Shown: positions 38,901-53,762 of the stretch, in pieces | Layout of the letters: each line of letters opens with the position of its first letter | Position numbering within the stretch: position 1 is the first letter of the stretch | Assembly (NCBI RefSeq): GCF_000150275.1 | Contig: NW_002060959.1 | Coordinates: 556,371 to 620,370 of the forward strand | Source: Trichoplax adhaerens | Taxonomy: Eukaryota; Animalia; Placozoa | Length of the DNA stretch: 64,000 bases | Direction of reading: 5' to 3' | Notes under the pieces: generated by a model | What the model was told of the DNA's origin: nothing | The model's database searches: none | The model's input: the letters and a program-made list of their open reading frames with translations, nothing else | Program-made: the position numbers and the translations under genes

Positions 38901-41900
38901 AAATCTTTTTAAATAATGTACTTTGTGAAAGAAAACTAACTTATTTTAATGTCCACAGTTTCACTTATCAGCTTAGCAATGCCAAATTGGAGTAAAGATC
39001 ATCATAGCTTTTTTAAAATTGTAATTCTATAGTATAATGTTAAGGGTAATAATTTCGCGGTGCCTGTAAAGGCCATAAATAATAAAATTATAAATCAAAA
39101 ATTATGATTTCATAGATTTTGCGTTCCGTTTTTCAGCTAAAAAATGTAAAATGCAGTTGTTGTACAATTTTCGTCAGATGAAATTGCTTACAGTGTTGGT
39201 TAGTATTAGTATACATGATATGAATGTCCTAGATTAATATTAAATAATAAATTCATGAATCTTTTAAAAATTCAATTCAGAGACAGCAATAAGCTTTCCC
39301 ATTCGTACTCTTATAGACTTTCATTGAAACTGGAATAACCTGGTTGAATAAAGATTTAGCTTAATGCCAAATAACGAAATTTGACTCCAATTTTCTTATT
39401 TTAAATGAGCTACGGTATAAACATGGCAATGAACTCTTTCATAGTCTTGCTAGTGAATCTCAATTAACATAAATTCTGATCAAATAAAAGCTCTTGAATA
39501 ATATTAAATAATTAAATCATGATTATGAATAGAATATTTAGAAAAGCCTCTTTATGAAGTAGCAATAGATTTTTCACACATTTCGATAAATCTTGAGTGA
39601 ATCTAAAATGATCTGCTCAAATGCAATACTAGACCAATTGTATGATTTAGAGATTAAAAATAATTGATTTCTGTAATTTTAACCTTTCCAGGTGCTAATT
39701 ATACTCTACATAAAATCTATAGAAATGAAAGCTTGATTTACATTCCTGAGTTATTGGGCTATATCTACATATAAGATTTTATCTATTTTGGGCTTGATTT
39801 AACCTACACAGCTTATTTTCCGTAGTATCACCGAAGTTAATCACGTTGTACATGATACCAGTCAATATATTGTAGATTTATTCCATATACTGTACATTTA
39901 ATATTCTAGGCCATAATTTAGTTTGCATAAAGTTTGATATTTTAAATATGTTCTAATAAACAGAATTCAATGTATGCGTGTGTACTATTTTTACTACCAG
40001 CTTTGTAGCATGACCAAACGTATATTTACAAACTTCTGAGTTTAAAAGCTTTAGCAAACTAATTTTTCGGCTAACTTGCCGCTCCTGGATGTGTTTGGGT
40101 TTTAGTTAATAAGAATTTGCAAAAGCCGGTTTTATTATACAACCTACCAAACTAAATTCTCTTCAGCCTTTGCGATTACAGATGATAGTATCAGACGTTC
40201 TGGTATAAATTTAATTTGTAAATCTATAACGATATTCCTAATTAATACATTAACATTTGTCGATAATTACATTTAAACTCTAATCCTTGATAATTTGAAT
40301 AACTTGATTATAATATATCTATTCAAAAAGTTATTTAAGGTACCGTATAATACATAACCCATTCTCTGCCTAAATAAGAGTCAAAGCCTCGCTCTGAGTC
40401 AGATATTTCAATTAGTATTAAAGAATATCATTCAGGTACAGTTCAAATTTAATTTAGCATATGTAGTAAAGGACTAAAAGTAGAGTCCTTTGTAGCTTTT
40501 AGTATGTAACTAGTACTATTTCACTATAGAAAATACCTAGAAAGTGATAGTGTCTTTAAGTTTTACCCTGCCAAATCATCATGTCGCCATCTTTTCTTCT
40601 TCATTATTTTATAAGGTATTATATAGATTACTATAGAAGTAGCCCTAGAGCAATTGCCTAATCTAAAGAAAGGGCGTTTGATCGTCTGTTCAAACTTGTA
40701 AAGGAATTTGACTTAGTAACAAAACCCTATCCTTAGAGAAAGGGGATTTATAACACGACGATAAAATACTGTAATGTTGTCTATAATCGTACTGTTACCG
40801 TATAATCTGACGCTAAAACATCAGTTGTCAATACTCCCGAATACTCAGCGATACTAATGTCAGAAAAGTAGTCATAATAGTCATATAAATTTTTGATAAG
40901 CTTGTAATAAAGGTTAATATTTAGTATTCTCCTTCATAGAATGTTTCTTTATCTAGTAATGTATTGTAAGATAATTTAAGATTTTAGTGTAGGACTTGCA
41001 AGTAATATCCGAATTAGTGTAGATGATAGTGGAAGGATTGTGTCAGACAGTATAATGTTATACCTATTGCAAGACTCACTCAAGTGGCTTTTTAATTTAT
41101 AAAGTAAAATATATTAAATAAACTGGTGTTGTTCCCCTAATCTCTATCTTGGTTCACAGTGTCACCAACCTTAGTGTATCTTAGCAAAATTAAGCTAAAT
41201 TATTACATCCCACCGAGACAGCGATTACTGTGATCTTTATAAAAATCGAATTTTTCGGATTCGGATTCCGGAACCGGTCGGATTTATGTCCGATATAATT
41301 TTCCTGTTTTAATTTTTGGATTTTTGTTCATGAAAAATATCGTAAGAGTTGATTTTTGAAATTTGAACTTTTTGTTATGGATTCGAAACTTTGGAATTTT
41401 ATGACGTGACTTGAAAGTCACGTTAGGAAAGTTTAGTTAGGAAAATAGAAAATAAGATGGAAATTGGCAGGGGTTGTCGATTGTTAAGTAGTTAGAATGT
41501 TATTTTTATGACTAAATCTTGATGTTTAAAGGTTGATTTTTAGACTTTTATAGTGTATTAATGATAGAAATTATGTTAGAAGTGAAGTTTGATGTATTTT
41601 CATAGTTAACTTGTTGATTTTATAGTGTTTTGTAAGGGAATTATAGGGTAAATTGTGTCTGAACTTTAAATGATTTTTGTTTTCTTAAATGGTGCAAAGT
41701 AGTTTTCTAAAACGGATCTTGAGAGCGATTGGTTAGCAAATGTTTAGTTTTAAATACCTCTGACGGCTCTAAGAAGCCTATAAATGATAGTGCAATTAGA
41801 AAATTTAGAGGGAGAGTAGAAGAAGATTTTATTTGAAGAACTTGTTGAATTTAAAAGGCCTTCGAGGTTGAATTGTCGTAAGTTAAAACGTTCTTCTTTT

Positions 41901-44900
41901 TGAAAGGTTGTTTGGTCGTTGACAGTTTTTAAGTCTGTCACTTATTTTAGTAATACTTAAAGCTAAGCATTTGTAAGGTTGTTCGGTTTATACTTCTGTC
42001 CATTTTATTTTGTAATACATTGTTGTTCGATTATTTCCCCAAATTTTATTTGGTGTCAAAGTTTTGCTAAGTCAACCGGAGTGCAGCGAAAGTAGAATCA
42101 AAGTTTGTTAAAGTTTTATAGCTTGATCTCTACACTTTTTATTTCATTACACATAGTCGAAGTCATATTGATCCTTATTATACGTACTTAATCTCCATCA
42201 TCATAAAAGAATATTAAATTCCAAAAAATTTAGAAAATTATCGTTCACAGTGGTCGGACTGGGAAAACTGCCATTTAACTGCATTTTTCATCGGATGTGT
42301 ATTCCCATATGAGTAGTATATTCGAGAAGCATTATTTCTCTACTGTATATTGAGATTAACAGCATCAATGTGTACCTGTATACATTTCCAGATTCAAAAT
42401 TAAGTAATTACCTATTTATAGTATTCATTTGGTATTTAATCAACCCTCTGCTTTCTACAGTTGTATTCTTAGTCATGACTTTTGCACTAAGTACTAAATA
42501 GCAGCAAGCTTGTCGTAAGGCTTATTTGAACTGGTTTTAGTGATAACTCCAATTTCTTTTGATGGTTATAATACCAGCCCTCATGAAGACCTATTATAAA
42601 AATTCAGTTCTTTATAATTTTGATTTCAGCATTTACAGTTTTCCTAACTGAATACTCTTTTAAATCATTATCTTCTTCTAATGTAAATGAATAAATTATC
42701 AACAAAAAGTCATCATATAAAATTACTACATCTTGTAAAAGATTCTAACATTCAACTGCAGTGAGGCACCCATATCTGATTATGATGATAGTTATGTTTG
42801 ATTGTGTTGATAGTTATATTTCACATAGTCTAGGTTACTATAAATAATTTTTATCGTGATTTAAATATTAATGGCTGCTAACTACTATATTAGAAATTGC
42901 TGATGGCTAATATTAGCTAGTTGACTAATTATGGTACGAGATTTATCTGACATGATATGCTGCAATAGTGAACATGACTAACACCGAAAGTTGCAGAAAA
43001 TTAATAGAATAGTAGTGATATTTTAAGAAGAATGATTCAGATTGTAAAAGATGATGATGATCTATTTGAGGAAAAGTGTTCCGTTTGATGACTCAAGTCT
43101 GATTATAATTAATTTTGTTATCTTAAATGGATTTAACGAAGGACATTGAAGAACTGCGGAGATGAACTCACAGGAGAAAGAAACTTCATTTCAATGTGAA
43201 CTCAGAATACTCTAGATTTTAGACTAGATTCTTGTAGTAATTCAATCTTACGCTACTATTCTTAAAACCTTGTAATAAATACCATTTTAGAAAATGTCTT
43301 TTGACTAAGATAGTTATTTATGAGATACTTTTATTACGTTTTCAACTAAACGTGGTACCTTTGATTTGTCGTTAATGCATAATTATCTATAGTAGATGTG
43401 GTACCGTGTATCACGAATATTTCCAAGACTGAATGATGCAATTCTCAAGAATGGCCTTGCTGGATCCTCGGAACGTTTACAGTAGCAGAATGCAGGAAAG
43501 AAATGCCAATTTTTGATGGTATACTACGATCCTATTCGACCATGGCCGTTCCTAAAGTTTTATGCGTTCTTGAAATGACCGAAACTCGATATTCCCATAT
43601 TGAGAAATTTAAAGAGAATAAAATCATTGTAAAATGTTTCAGGTCAAATTTAATACTTTAAAATAAACCTTACTATGTGACGTAGGCTAGTCTGTTAATG
43701 TAACTAAATAGTTGTATGGTGGCTATGTCACGTATTAGATTTACTTTATTTATTACTTCAAAAATAAACCTGACAAATTTTAATCTCTCCTGAAAGATCG
43801 AAATAAAGCGATACATAGGAAATCAATGACCGTTACTACAGTAATTACATCATTTTACATTAACAGGCAGAAGTAAATATCTTAGATTTTTGATATTCTT
43901 ACTATTTTTATTCAAAAATTATGTCTTTAAAAGCAAGTGCAGTTCCAATCACTTAGTTTCCCTTAGCATCGATAGCTTAGGTAGCAAAAAAACTACCGTA
44001 CTAACACAATTTACTTTTTTGATGATTTTCGTAGAATAAATACATCCAATATTATGGGTTTTCTATTTGTCAAGATAAATGCTATTAGTAGATAGTTTTT
44101 CTCTAATAAAGGTAGATTTTACACAGTTGATCAAAATATAGGAATTGACTTTACGATAGTGTAGTAATGCAATAGAGCAAAAGCAGAACTAATTTTAATC
44201 ATAAAGTTTCTATCATAATGAAATTCTTCAGATACCTTCCATTTTCCAAAACGAACAGGTAGATTATGATATTTATTAAGTTATCATTTCTATGTACAAT
44301 TTTACTCGCTTAGTAAGAATTTAATAGCTGACATTTTTACTTAATTCATGAGAAATGCCGTACAAAATCAGAACCTGGTTGCTTTCTACACAGTGGTTAT
44401 TATTGCTAATTAAGCGCAACTATTAGGCCTTAAATTTCCCTTAAAATACTACAATAGCATATGAATGATGACGATCAACATCCTGACACTTGACTGAAAT
44501 TTAAAAAGTATTTACAGAAATGTCAACAACCGCAAATTCTATGAATAATTTCGAGATTATTTCTTATTTAAGTTATTGTTATCGTTGGCAGTATGAGCTA
44601 TTAAATGGATTCATGATGAAGTTAAAACACAATATAGCATCGTCGTCATAATACTAGATTTGTTTACCAGTGCAACCGCATAAAAATCTGATAGAGGGAA
44701 ACGTAGCGATTTCCTAGAAAAATAATAGTCACTAGTATCAGCGATAATTGCAATTAAAAGAGATAGAGTACATCTGAAAGAAAAGAACAAAATGATTTAG
44801 GCAAATTTATGGTAAACTTAAGTGCGAAATTAAGTATGTACTTTGGTGTCTCAGGCACGCATTATTTTTTTAATTATCAATCAGTCATTCATTTCAGAGG

Positions 44901-46819
44901 AAATGTAATGGTTTTAATACATAATTTTATCTTTTTGGAATTATATGCAGCATACTGCAGACAATATGGAATTCACTGTTAAATCTTATATCATGTACCA
45001 TCAAGGATAGATTCACGCATTATTTATAATATCGCAAGAGTTTGTATCATACTTTAATGCTATTAGACATTAATAATAGGCGATAATAAAAAACATCTAA
45101 ATCTACTATACTAATCTTATTCATTCCTTTGGCGAATTAGGTGATTGATTATTGTGAAAATGGAAAGATATTAATTTTTTATTTTACAAGAATAAACAAT
45201 AATTTTCTACTCATTAAGATAAATTGATGTCTTCTTGAAATTTATTAGTTCGAGAACGATGAAATTCAGCAGCATTTATAGCTGCATTTCTATTGGAATT
45301 TATAGTAATCTATCTATATTGTCGGTGTTAAACGTTGGCTTGAGCGCATTAGCATTTATATTAAAATAAAGTAAATAAACAGATTACATTTTCATTGTGA
45401 TGCTTAAAGTTAATTTCTAACTGACTCGCACTAAGACAATTACGGATATACTGGAACTTTAATACAAATATTCTATCCGTCAATCAATCGTCGATACGCA
45501 TATTATTTAAGTCCTCAAGTGACACGAAAATAAGCTATAGTTACTATGACAGTAGGAATTACTGAATTCAAGCCACCATTTATATCAGCGACTCTTCTGC
45601 ATTTTATAATGTTTCGATTTCTTGAATTTATTTGATCGACTATATGCTATTTACAATGCAGTTTTCTATTAGTATCACAGTGGACAATAAAATACACTCG
45701 TAAATGGATAGATTATAACTGCTACAATAGTTAATTAAATTTGAGCCCTAGTTATTGCAACGTGAAGGGTAAATAACTTAAATACATGTTTTCATCGTTA
45801 TTTAGGCTCAATAATTCATATCAAAAGGGCAATATAGACTCTATCTTTCATTCTTTCCACTACTTGCCAGTTGGATAGATGTACTGGAGAAGTTTAACTG
45901 TAGTGATATTTAAACATTGTAAGCGGGTAAAATATGCAATTTTTATGCCAACACGCATAGAATTGCACACACTTCCATTGTTTATCGATAGGTGATGTTA
46001 TTGATCATAAGTATGAGAAAATGGTATAGTTTCATTTAGAAAGTGATTTAGCGTGATATTTCTAATCTCTAATTGATTTGTCATCAACCATGAGTTATTG
46101 AAACAACGATTTTTAAGACCATACTTATGTTAATAAATCCAGATTGGAAATAAGCTTTAGCAAAAACGGGGTGCTTACTATTTCTTATAACTTAAAAGTC
46201 TACTTCTATATTGTTGCCAAACTATTTTAGTAATAAATCTGGATTCGATTTAATGAATGATTGATCGCATCAGCTACGTGACCTGAAAACAAATCTCAGA
46301 GATAATTTCTAGAAAGCTTTCGCACAAAACTTCTCATATCATAAGTTTATTATTAAGAAATCTTATAATAAGTAAATGGTATTGAAATATTTTTATTAGG
46401 AAATATTGCATAATCATTCCCAGTAATGACGTAGAAATTATTAGGTGTAGAATGCTTTAAATTAATGTGTCGATTTCTTGCAAGCAGACATAATTATTAA
46501 TTTGCTAATTTAACCACGTAATAGCTAATATTTTGCAAGTTTATCACAAAAGCGAATAGAAAATGTAAATAAAACCCATCATTTATTGACATGCTCATAT
46601 TGAAATAAATCAGCTCAAAATCAGTAAATAAGAATTCACAATACCTCTTATTCAGTTATAAGTCCTAAAAAATTACTTATCGGCTTTAGCAGGTAAAGTA
46701 ACTATGTTTCTACAGAGCAGATTTAAGCACTCTGTGACTTAGATTACTATGAAAATTGTTACTAACCGCTTAAGATATAGGAGAATTAGTTGAAGCATTT
46801 TCGCATGAAGATTTCTTAA

Positions 46820-47330
46820 TGGACTTCAGTAGATAAAGTATTTTTTGGTTCTATAGATGGAAAGGGTGTGGGAGTTATTGCGATCAATCAACGGCCATTA
46901 TCAATACTGTCCTAAATATTCTGACAGTCTGCAGACGAAACGGTTAGATATTTTAGATTCTAAAAGGATTGGTGATATCATATTGCGTGCGATCTCATCA
47001 TAAGATTGAATAGAATAATACATTAATTTAGAACGGCAGCAACCACTTTCAACGAATCGATTTGTGAGGGTACAGTAGACATATAAAATGATATCAAACA
47101 ATGAAGATTTCTATAAGAATGCCGAACTATTTAGGCTTATTATCATACTTAATGAATGTTTAGCTTGTTTATTGATTCTCTTTGGGGTACCTGTAGTTAA
47201 AATAATATTTAATTATAATGGAGAATTATGGTTAGGAAAAAAGCATAATTTACTCTCTCTTTAGTGGGCAGCACAAGGACAAATGGCTTATTTTTTTAAT
47301 AACTTATCATTCATTACTATGTTTATTCAT
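46820..47330 (-). pseudogene. Decayed rhodopsin-class GPCR (TM2-TM3 remnant)
   Basis: Minus strand reads NL/SLFDIILYVYC (TM2 NLxxxD-like), FVCRLSEYLGQY* (TM3 Cys), then after a frameshift IMAVDRN (MAVDRY-like, ~46875-46900). Confidence 0.4.
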
Positions 47331-49234
47331 GTAACAGTTAAAATTAAATTATTTAATGTTTTATTTCATTAAAGATAATAGCTTACCGAAATTTGCCACC
47401 TCTAAAACTTTTTTGCTCCGTAAAACTATTAGCGGTGACAACCACAAAGAATACATTCGTAAATTACTTATCTATAAGTGGTGATAGACATCGTTTTATA
47501 TCTGAAAACTTATTAATTATTTTCATGTATAATCTCAATAAAGGAAAAAGTCAACTGTGACTTTTTCGAAATAAAAATGCTCTATAAATTAAATGTTTAA
47601 CGTGTCAAATAACATGGTATAATATTTGAAGCTTTTGCATATTAATGTTTAGCGATCTTTACTTTTTGTCGCCAGTTTGTCGCGTTCACATAGATTGATT
47701 TACAGGTAAGGTTATGGACTGATAACAAGGAATAATTGCGATTTGAAAATTAGGGTAGCAACTTTAAATACAGTCCTTTTCAATTCTTTTCAATTCTCAC
47801 AATGTCAGATTTCCAGGAATAAACAAAGGTAAAAATAATGCTTCTAGACTCTGAATAGATATCCTCTCATAAATTTAATCGTATTATTTATTACTAATCT
47901 TAAGTTTCCGATGTGGGATTTAGGCGTTTTGTAACCATTGTTAGAAAGTATGATCGAGTCATTAATGCTCAGTTAAATTGAGAGAATAATAGGATACACA
48001 GTTGGCTGGAAAATATAAAAATTGATTGCTTTCACTTCTACTCTCAATGTAAACACGTATGCTACATTAATTGATTCTTAAAATTAAGGGATAAATAGAT
48101 CAAAATTGCCTCCAAAGTCATTGAAATTAGCAAGATAATGTCAAAGGAAAGTTTGTATACTTGTGCAGGTTAGGCTACATCAAACATTATAGATTTCTTC
48201 CAAGTGATTTTATTAAGAGTATTTAATGTACTGGAATATTATTCTAAATCCGACGAAAAACTTGTACTTTATTTATTTGATCGCTACTATTTTATGTTGA
48301 AGAATTATTCCAATAATAATATTTTACATTCCATCAAGTTTAGAGGTAGCATGTTACTGGCTCACTAGATTAAATGAAAATTATCATTTCTATGCAATAA
48401 ATCGCTTATTGCGATATATTACAAATGGTACTTTAACGTATACATAAAATCTGAACTAGAAACGTTAGTAGAGTATAGTATATCTTTGGAATATAGGCAT
48501 ATTTTAGTTGAAATTTGGATTCAGTCAACGATATATAATAGTTTGTTAAACGATCATCTTTAAATCAATATTGTATCCAAGCGGAAGAATGAACTACTTT
48601 TGTATGGACAACTTATCACTTTTTGATATAATAAAGGCGATTTTGGTGCCACTATTGCATACGCTAGTTCAATAGGTACTTAAAACTACTTGTAGTTACT
48701 CATTTCACTTACCACGCAATTAGAAATTGAATGTCTTAATGTGTATTCAAGATTGCAGTTATTATTGTTTATATCGATAAGCTGCTTACGCGGTTTAGCT
48801 TCTAAGAATACGAGTAAGTGCCGCAACCTTAGACAATACTGTTTCCAGGATTATGGCTAATTTTTTAAATCAGAGATGAGTTATTTATACCCATTAAAAG
48901 AGATCTTCATATAGCATTATACTGTATATTTACTCTTGAGTAACCTATTCTTAATGATTACCAGGAATTTGATAGATCGGGTATATCTTACGGTTATTTC
49001 AAATTTGGACTTAATACGATAATGATACTGGTACTAGTGAACAGACATAGCAATATGCTGTAGTTTTTCAGTTTAGAATTAGTTGATGGTTTTTAGAATC
49101 TTGTTTATCTTGAGTATATCGTCGATATCAAATAACTTGAAAAGCAAGTTCAAGTCTTCTTAATTAATTAATGTAACGATACTGCTCTGATCTGGGATAT
49201 TCATAATTTATCATTCGTAATAGCATATATATTA

Positions 49235-52200
49235 ATGGTTTTCATCGGAAACTGCCACGCATTAACCATAGCTCCAATCGTGGATGAATGCGGTGGGGAT
49301 AAGCACAAGTATTTGAAGGATTTAAAATATCATTTATCCAAGACGGTACCGGAATATAACGATACTTTCAAACTGCTGCTGTGGTGCAAAGAAAAGAAAT
49401 TAATGACAGTCTATAATATGATCTTTGACTTTTCCCTCTTTAAACTAAAAGAAGAAATGGTAAATTAAAAATACCTTTAAATTAACTCTAGTCTTAACAT
49501 ACTAATGTTAACATACCTAAATCTTAGAATATACCTGCAGACGTAAAAGATGCTAACATCAATATCCTAAGCCACCATGTTAATATTTTAATCCATAATA
49601 TTGGATTATTAATCATCAATAACGGCGTTTTGGCGCAACTGATGGCAAATGAAATCGTAAATTGTCAGTCATTTGATGCGGATAGCTTGCGACAATTTGG
49701 GAGAATGCACCGCTATTATACTAATTTATTCCTAGAGCTACTTCATTTTGTGAGTACTCACCGTGACTGATGATTGAGTAAATTATAGTAACTTAATAGT
49801 ATTACAGGGGCAACTTCTTTTAGTAACGAAATGATAGCCTTACTAGACGTTGATCTAAATAATTCTAAACAATTTATAATTCATTTGCTATTTATACTAC
49901 CGTGTATACAACCAATTATTTCACTTAATATTTAACCTTCCAAAAATATTACATATATGCTACCATATACTGAATAGGTTAGGCCTCGAGAATGCCTGAA
50001 AAAGATTTCCAAACATATGATCGTCGATCTTGAGGTAAAAATTGAATAAAGATTACGAGAAACAAGCAAAGTATCTAATTTTATTAAAGATACCTTTAAG
50101 AAATGATGTAAGAAAGCGGTAAACCAGTAAATAAAATTTTCATTAACAGTTAATGAATCAGTTACCGATAGTGTGTTTTCTGGCCGTTTCCTTGAATGGA
50201 AGACTTACTAGTTGATAATATAAAGCTAAAAGCTATGAAATCATATTTTGAGTTGTACTGTATAATGATCCATCCTTATAGCTCTCTTCCAGCTTCTTCG
50301 TCAACATTATTACTAAATAATTAATAAATAATTTACAAAGTAGATTATGTTAATAGGTACGAACGTTCATTCAGGTATTACTAATATCGTACTTTTTCAG
50401 TTCTATGCTTACTTTCAAGCCTTTAGATACTTAAATCTAGCAGAACATTTAATTTAAGTACATTTTTAATTCCAATAACCGCAATGAACATCGTGTAAAA
50501 ATTATTGTAATGTACTCAAATTTTGAATACAATACTATGATCTAGTTGGCGTTTTTAAATCTACAATTACATTTGCTTCAGCACCATAATATACTCTTAA
50601 AGAACAATTGATTATACGAGTAATAGATGTTCATAGTATTAAAGATAGTATCTTTAGCTGCTTGGTACAGTATTTTCTCAATTGTAAATAATAGTAGGTA
50701 AAAAAATGTTACAGTCTGTAACTAATAGAAGTGACCATGACACCATCTGTATAATATATTCTATACATCCAATGACATCTATCATATAAAATGATATTCT
50801 ATAAATTGGCATCGTAAATAATATTATTACGTGCATTATTCACTAAATGGATGGTTATTTTTACGATCTTATTTGCTATTGCAGTATAAGTAGTAAGCCT
50901 GAATTTTTTATAATGAATCGGTCCATTTTGATAGGCTAAAAACAATCGACTAAATATCCACCAACATTCATCGAATTTAAGCATCGTTAGGGTTGAGAGT
51001 ATATTAAATGGTATTGCAAAGTGGATTAAGGCACTTACTGCATTGGCAGAAAAAGCATCGGAGGAATCTTAGTCATCAAGCTTATTCATAACTGCATAAT
51101 CTGATTAAGGTTCTATTCCAGTGTTGGATACCATAGCAAGATGGTTTTATTGATATCAATACTAGTTAGATTTATTTTACGTACTTTCATGATAGTTTCT
51201 AAACTTATCAAACATTTTAGGATTACGGACTATGAATTAAAATTTTAAATGACTGTAATTTTAGTCTTTTAAAGTTTTCTGTTAATCATAGAGTGAGATA
51301 TTGTATAATGTTGAAGTCTTGCTAGGAACATACTACGCGAATCAGATCTTGATTTTTGCTTGCAAATTTTGTAACGGTAATTGTTTATGGTAAATAAAAT
51401 TAAACGCAGATAAATACAAATCATTTAATATAGTCCACTAGCACTAGCGGCAGTACTTATCACAGTCAGTTGCACGGTGAGACTTTATGTTTCCAAGGAA
51501 TAAATTTTACTTAGGTTCAAAGTATAACCATTATTACTTAACCTGAAATTCCACAATAATACTAAAGTCTATTTAGATACGTATTTGCTAGACAGCGTTA
51601 TGAAATTATAATACATATCTAGCGAATGGAATGGAATGTATACGTTACTATAGTGTAAATTAACATATGCTGCAATAAAACTACTGTACAATTGGTAAAT
51701 CTAGCGAGAACTATGGTTGCTGTAACTTGCAATTGGTAGGAGATGGTAGTTTTTGAGACATGCATTACATAGTATTACTAAGGAAATCAAGTCTAGTTGT
51801 AGTGTTGCAGCTAATCTGTTCTATTAATATTTGATCGCCAAGCAAATATTGATCAGTTTATTCATAGATTGGAATCATGCAGCTATCACAAGATAAGGTT
51901 AACCACTTCCGGCTATCTTTTATCACGCGATTACTATTCGTTGTTACTTCCAGAATTATTTTCTTCAACATTGATATAATATTCGATAGCTTCCATACGT
52001 GCTAGAAAAATTAAAAATAATTGCATAAGCAGCGTTGGACGTATGAATACATTTTACTATGCATTACACTAAATTACAGTATTGTAAACAATGCTCTAAT
52101 ATATCGTGTCAACGTATGCTGCTCCATCCGTTGGCTAAATGATAGCTTTGTAGCGCAGTCCGATGAAGCCAGCATATTGCACGATATAGACTTGAGTAAA

Positions 52201-53320
52201 GTTAAACTTAATTTTAATTCGGTTTTACCTATTTCGCGACGAGTGTATCGTCAAACAGAATTGAATCCGTGTTCATAAATTGGTCGTCATTGACTATCAA
52301 CCTCATCATTCTCATGTATTAAATTGTATTCGGATTATGATATTTTACGTAGCTAAGCAATGCGAATGTTGTAAATATCAGAGATAGGTGGGTCAGTGTT
52401 ACTGATATAGGCCGGTATTCGTAATGTATAGTCTCAGTTAGTCAGATATCCTGAACTAGGGTTATATTCAATACTTTACCTTACTATTTTATTTGTTAAG
52501 AAATTACGGTACCTGTATAGTCTTCGCAATTATTTCAATAAATACGAGTCAGTAAGTAATTTAAATTATTTCGAATTCTTCTTAATACTATTACAATTTG
52601 AGTTTATCATCTGTTTATGTTACCAAAAATAATAGTAACAGCTTTAAAGGTCACACGGATAAACGAATTTAATAGTGACCCTTTTATTTCCGATCATACA
52701 CTTTACTCTCTTCTCAAGCTGTTGGCATTTTCTACCTGCCTGTATTTAAAAAAAAGATATGCTGACAATAATTGGTATGAGTTATTCTACAGATCTCGAT
52801 AACATCTTATTGGTGTTCATTGAATATTTTACTTTAATTTAGTGATACTTAAGATGTATCATGATTACATTTTCAGTAGCGTTCTTATGAGGTAATCTAG
52901 TGGCCAAACATAATATTTTCCTAATTTTTTAATCGTTTACGATATATACTCTAAGCCTTTTCATCAGTATAATCTATCAAGTGGCAAATTTTTTAAATTT
53001 CTGAGTAGCTCTAATTATACGATTGAAAGGTACTATAAATTATAGCAATTGATGGAATATCTTATAAGTTAATAGTAAAATTTTTATAATGGAAAGAGTG
53101 TTTTTCACTCTTAATAACAGTCGTGTTGGCATTCATGTATTGGCTCTCATGTGCTGTCTTTCGTTTAACTGTTATTATTGCTATTGTAGAAATACTAGTT
53201 TCCTTAGGCCCTTAATTTCTTTAACTTCATTCCTTGATCATATCAATAGCAAATTTGGAATATATAGTCAGTATCTGAGCCTATACATGATAGACTACTA
53301 TGACCAAGTATTGTAGATAA
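49235..53320 (+). pseudogene. Decayed LRR-containing GPCR (LGR-like), ectodomain remnants plus TM1-TM3
   Basis: TM1-like LRCIMITFSVAFL*GNLVA (~52850-52905), frameshifted NLS/VANFL (~52971-52995), TM3-like TVVLAFMYWLSCAVFRLTVIIAI followed by frameshifted RNTSFLRPL (DRYxxIVRP-like). Upstream are exon-sized LRR-like pieces (49235-49750; VTDSVFSG at ~50160). Confidence 0.45.
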
Positions 53321-53457
53321 GTTTCGATAGGGGGACTTATATATATATATAATATAATGTATATGTATTGCTACCAGAAATAGTAACGAAGCAATTTACT
53401 ATTTGATGTCTATGGCCATTGATATTCTGTCAGGATATCTTTATACACAGGGGCTTA

Positions 53458-53687
53458 CAGTTTGTAAGAACACTATGCTATACATGGCTAACAATTAAAC
53501 TGAGATGTAATATGCTAGGCACGGCTAATAATATACTTATTAATCTAAGAGGTGATCAAAAACAGCCGTATGCTCCCGCATGGTAACGTTATTGCAAACA
53601 CTTTTTAACCATTCTGTAACATAATCCATATTGATATACGAGGCTCATAATTATTAGCCATATTTAGCAAAGTGTTCTTACGCACTT
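53458..53687. mobile_element. Tc1/mariner-type MITE (~230 bp)
   Basis: 34-bp inverted repeats at 53464-53497 and 53648-53681 (30/34 identical). The left end reads TA|CAGT; the right end is decayed. Confidence 0.65.
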
Positions 53688-53762
53688 GAACAGTACCATT
53701 CTTACTAATTTACATATCAATATTAACTTAAGTTACAGTGAAATATCATAGTTTTAAATTGT

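Noticed and set aside
41041-41062. 22-nt resemblance to the start of LTR family A (tgtcagacagtataatgttata)
   Set aside because: The similarity does not visibly extend and is too short to call.
42246-42272. CACAGTG RSS-heptamer / Transib-TIR-like sequence, or an LTR-PBS junction (cacagtggtcggactggg)
   Set aside because: No convincing inverted partner or TSD was found, the nonamer match is poor, and I could not match it to a tRNA 3' end.
43020-43645. Exon-like pieces (e.g. VAECRKEMPIFDGILRSYSTMAVPKVLCVLE)
   Set aside because: No recognisable family, and no consistent spliced model could be built.
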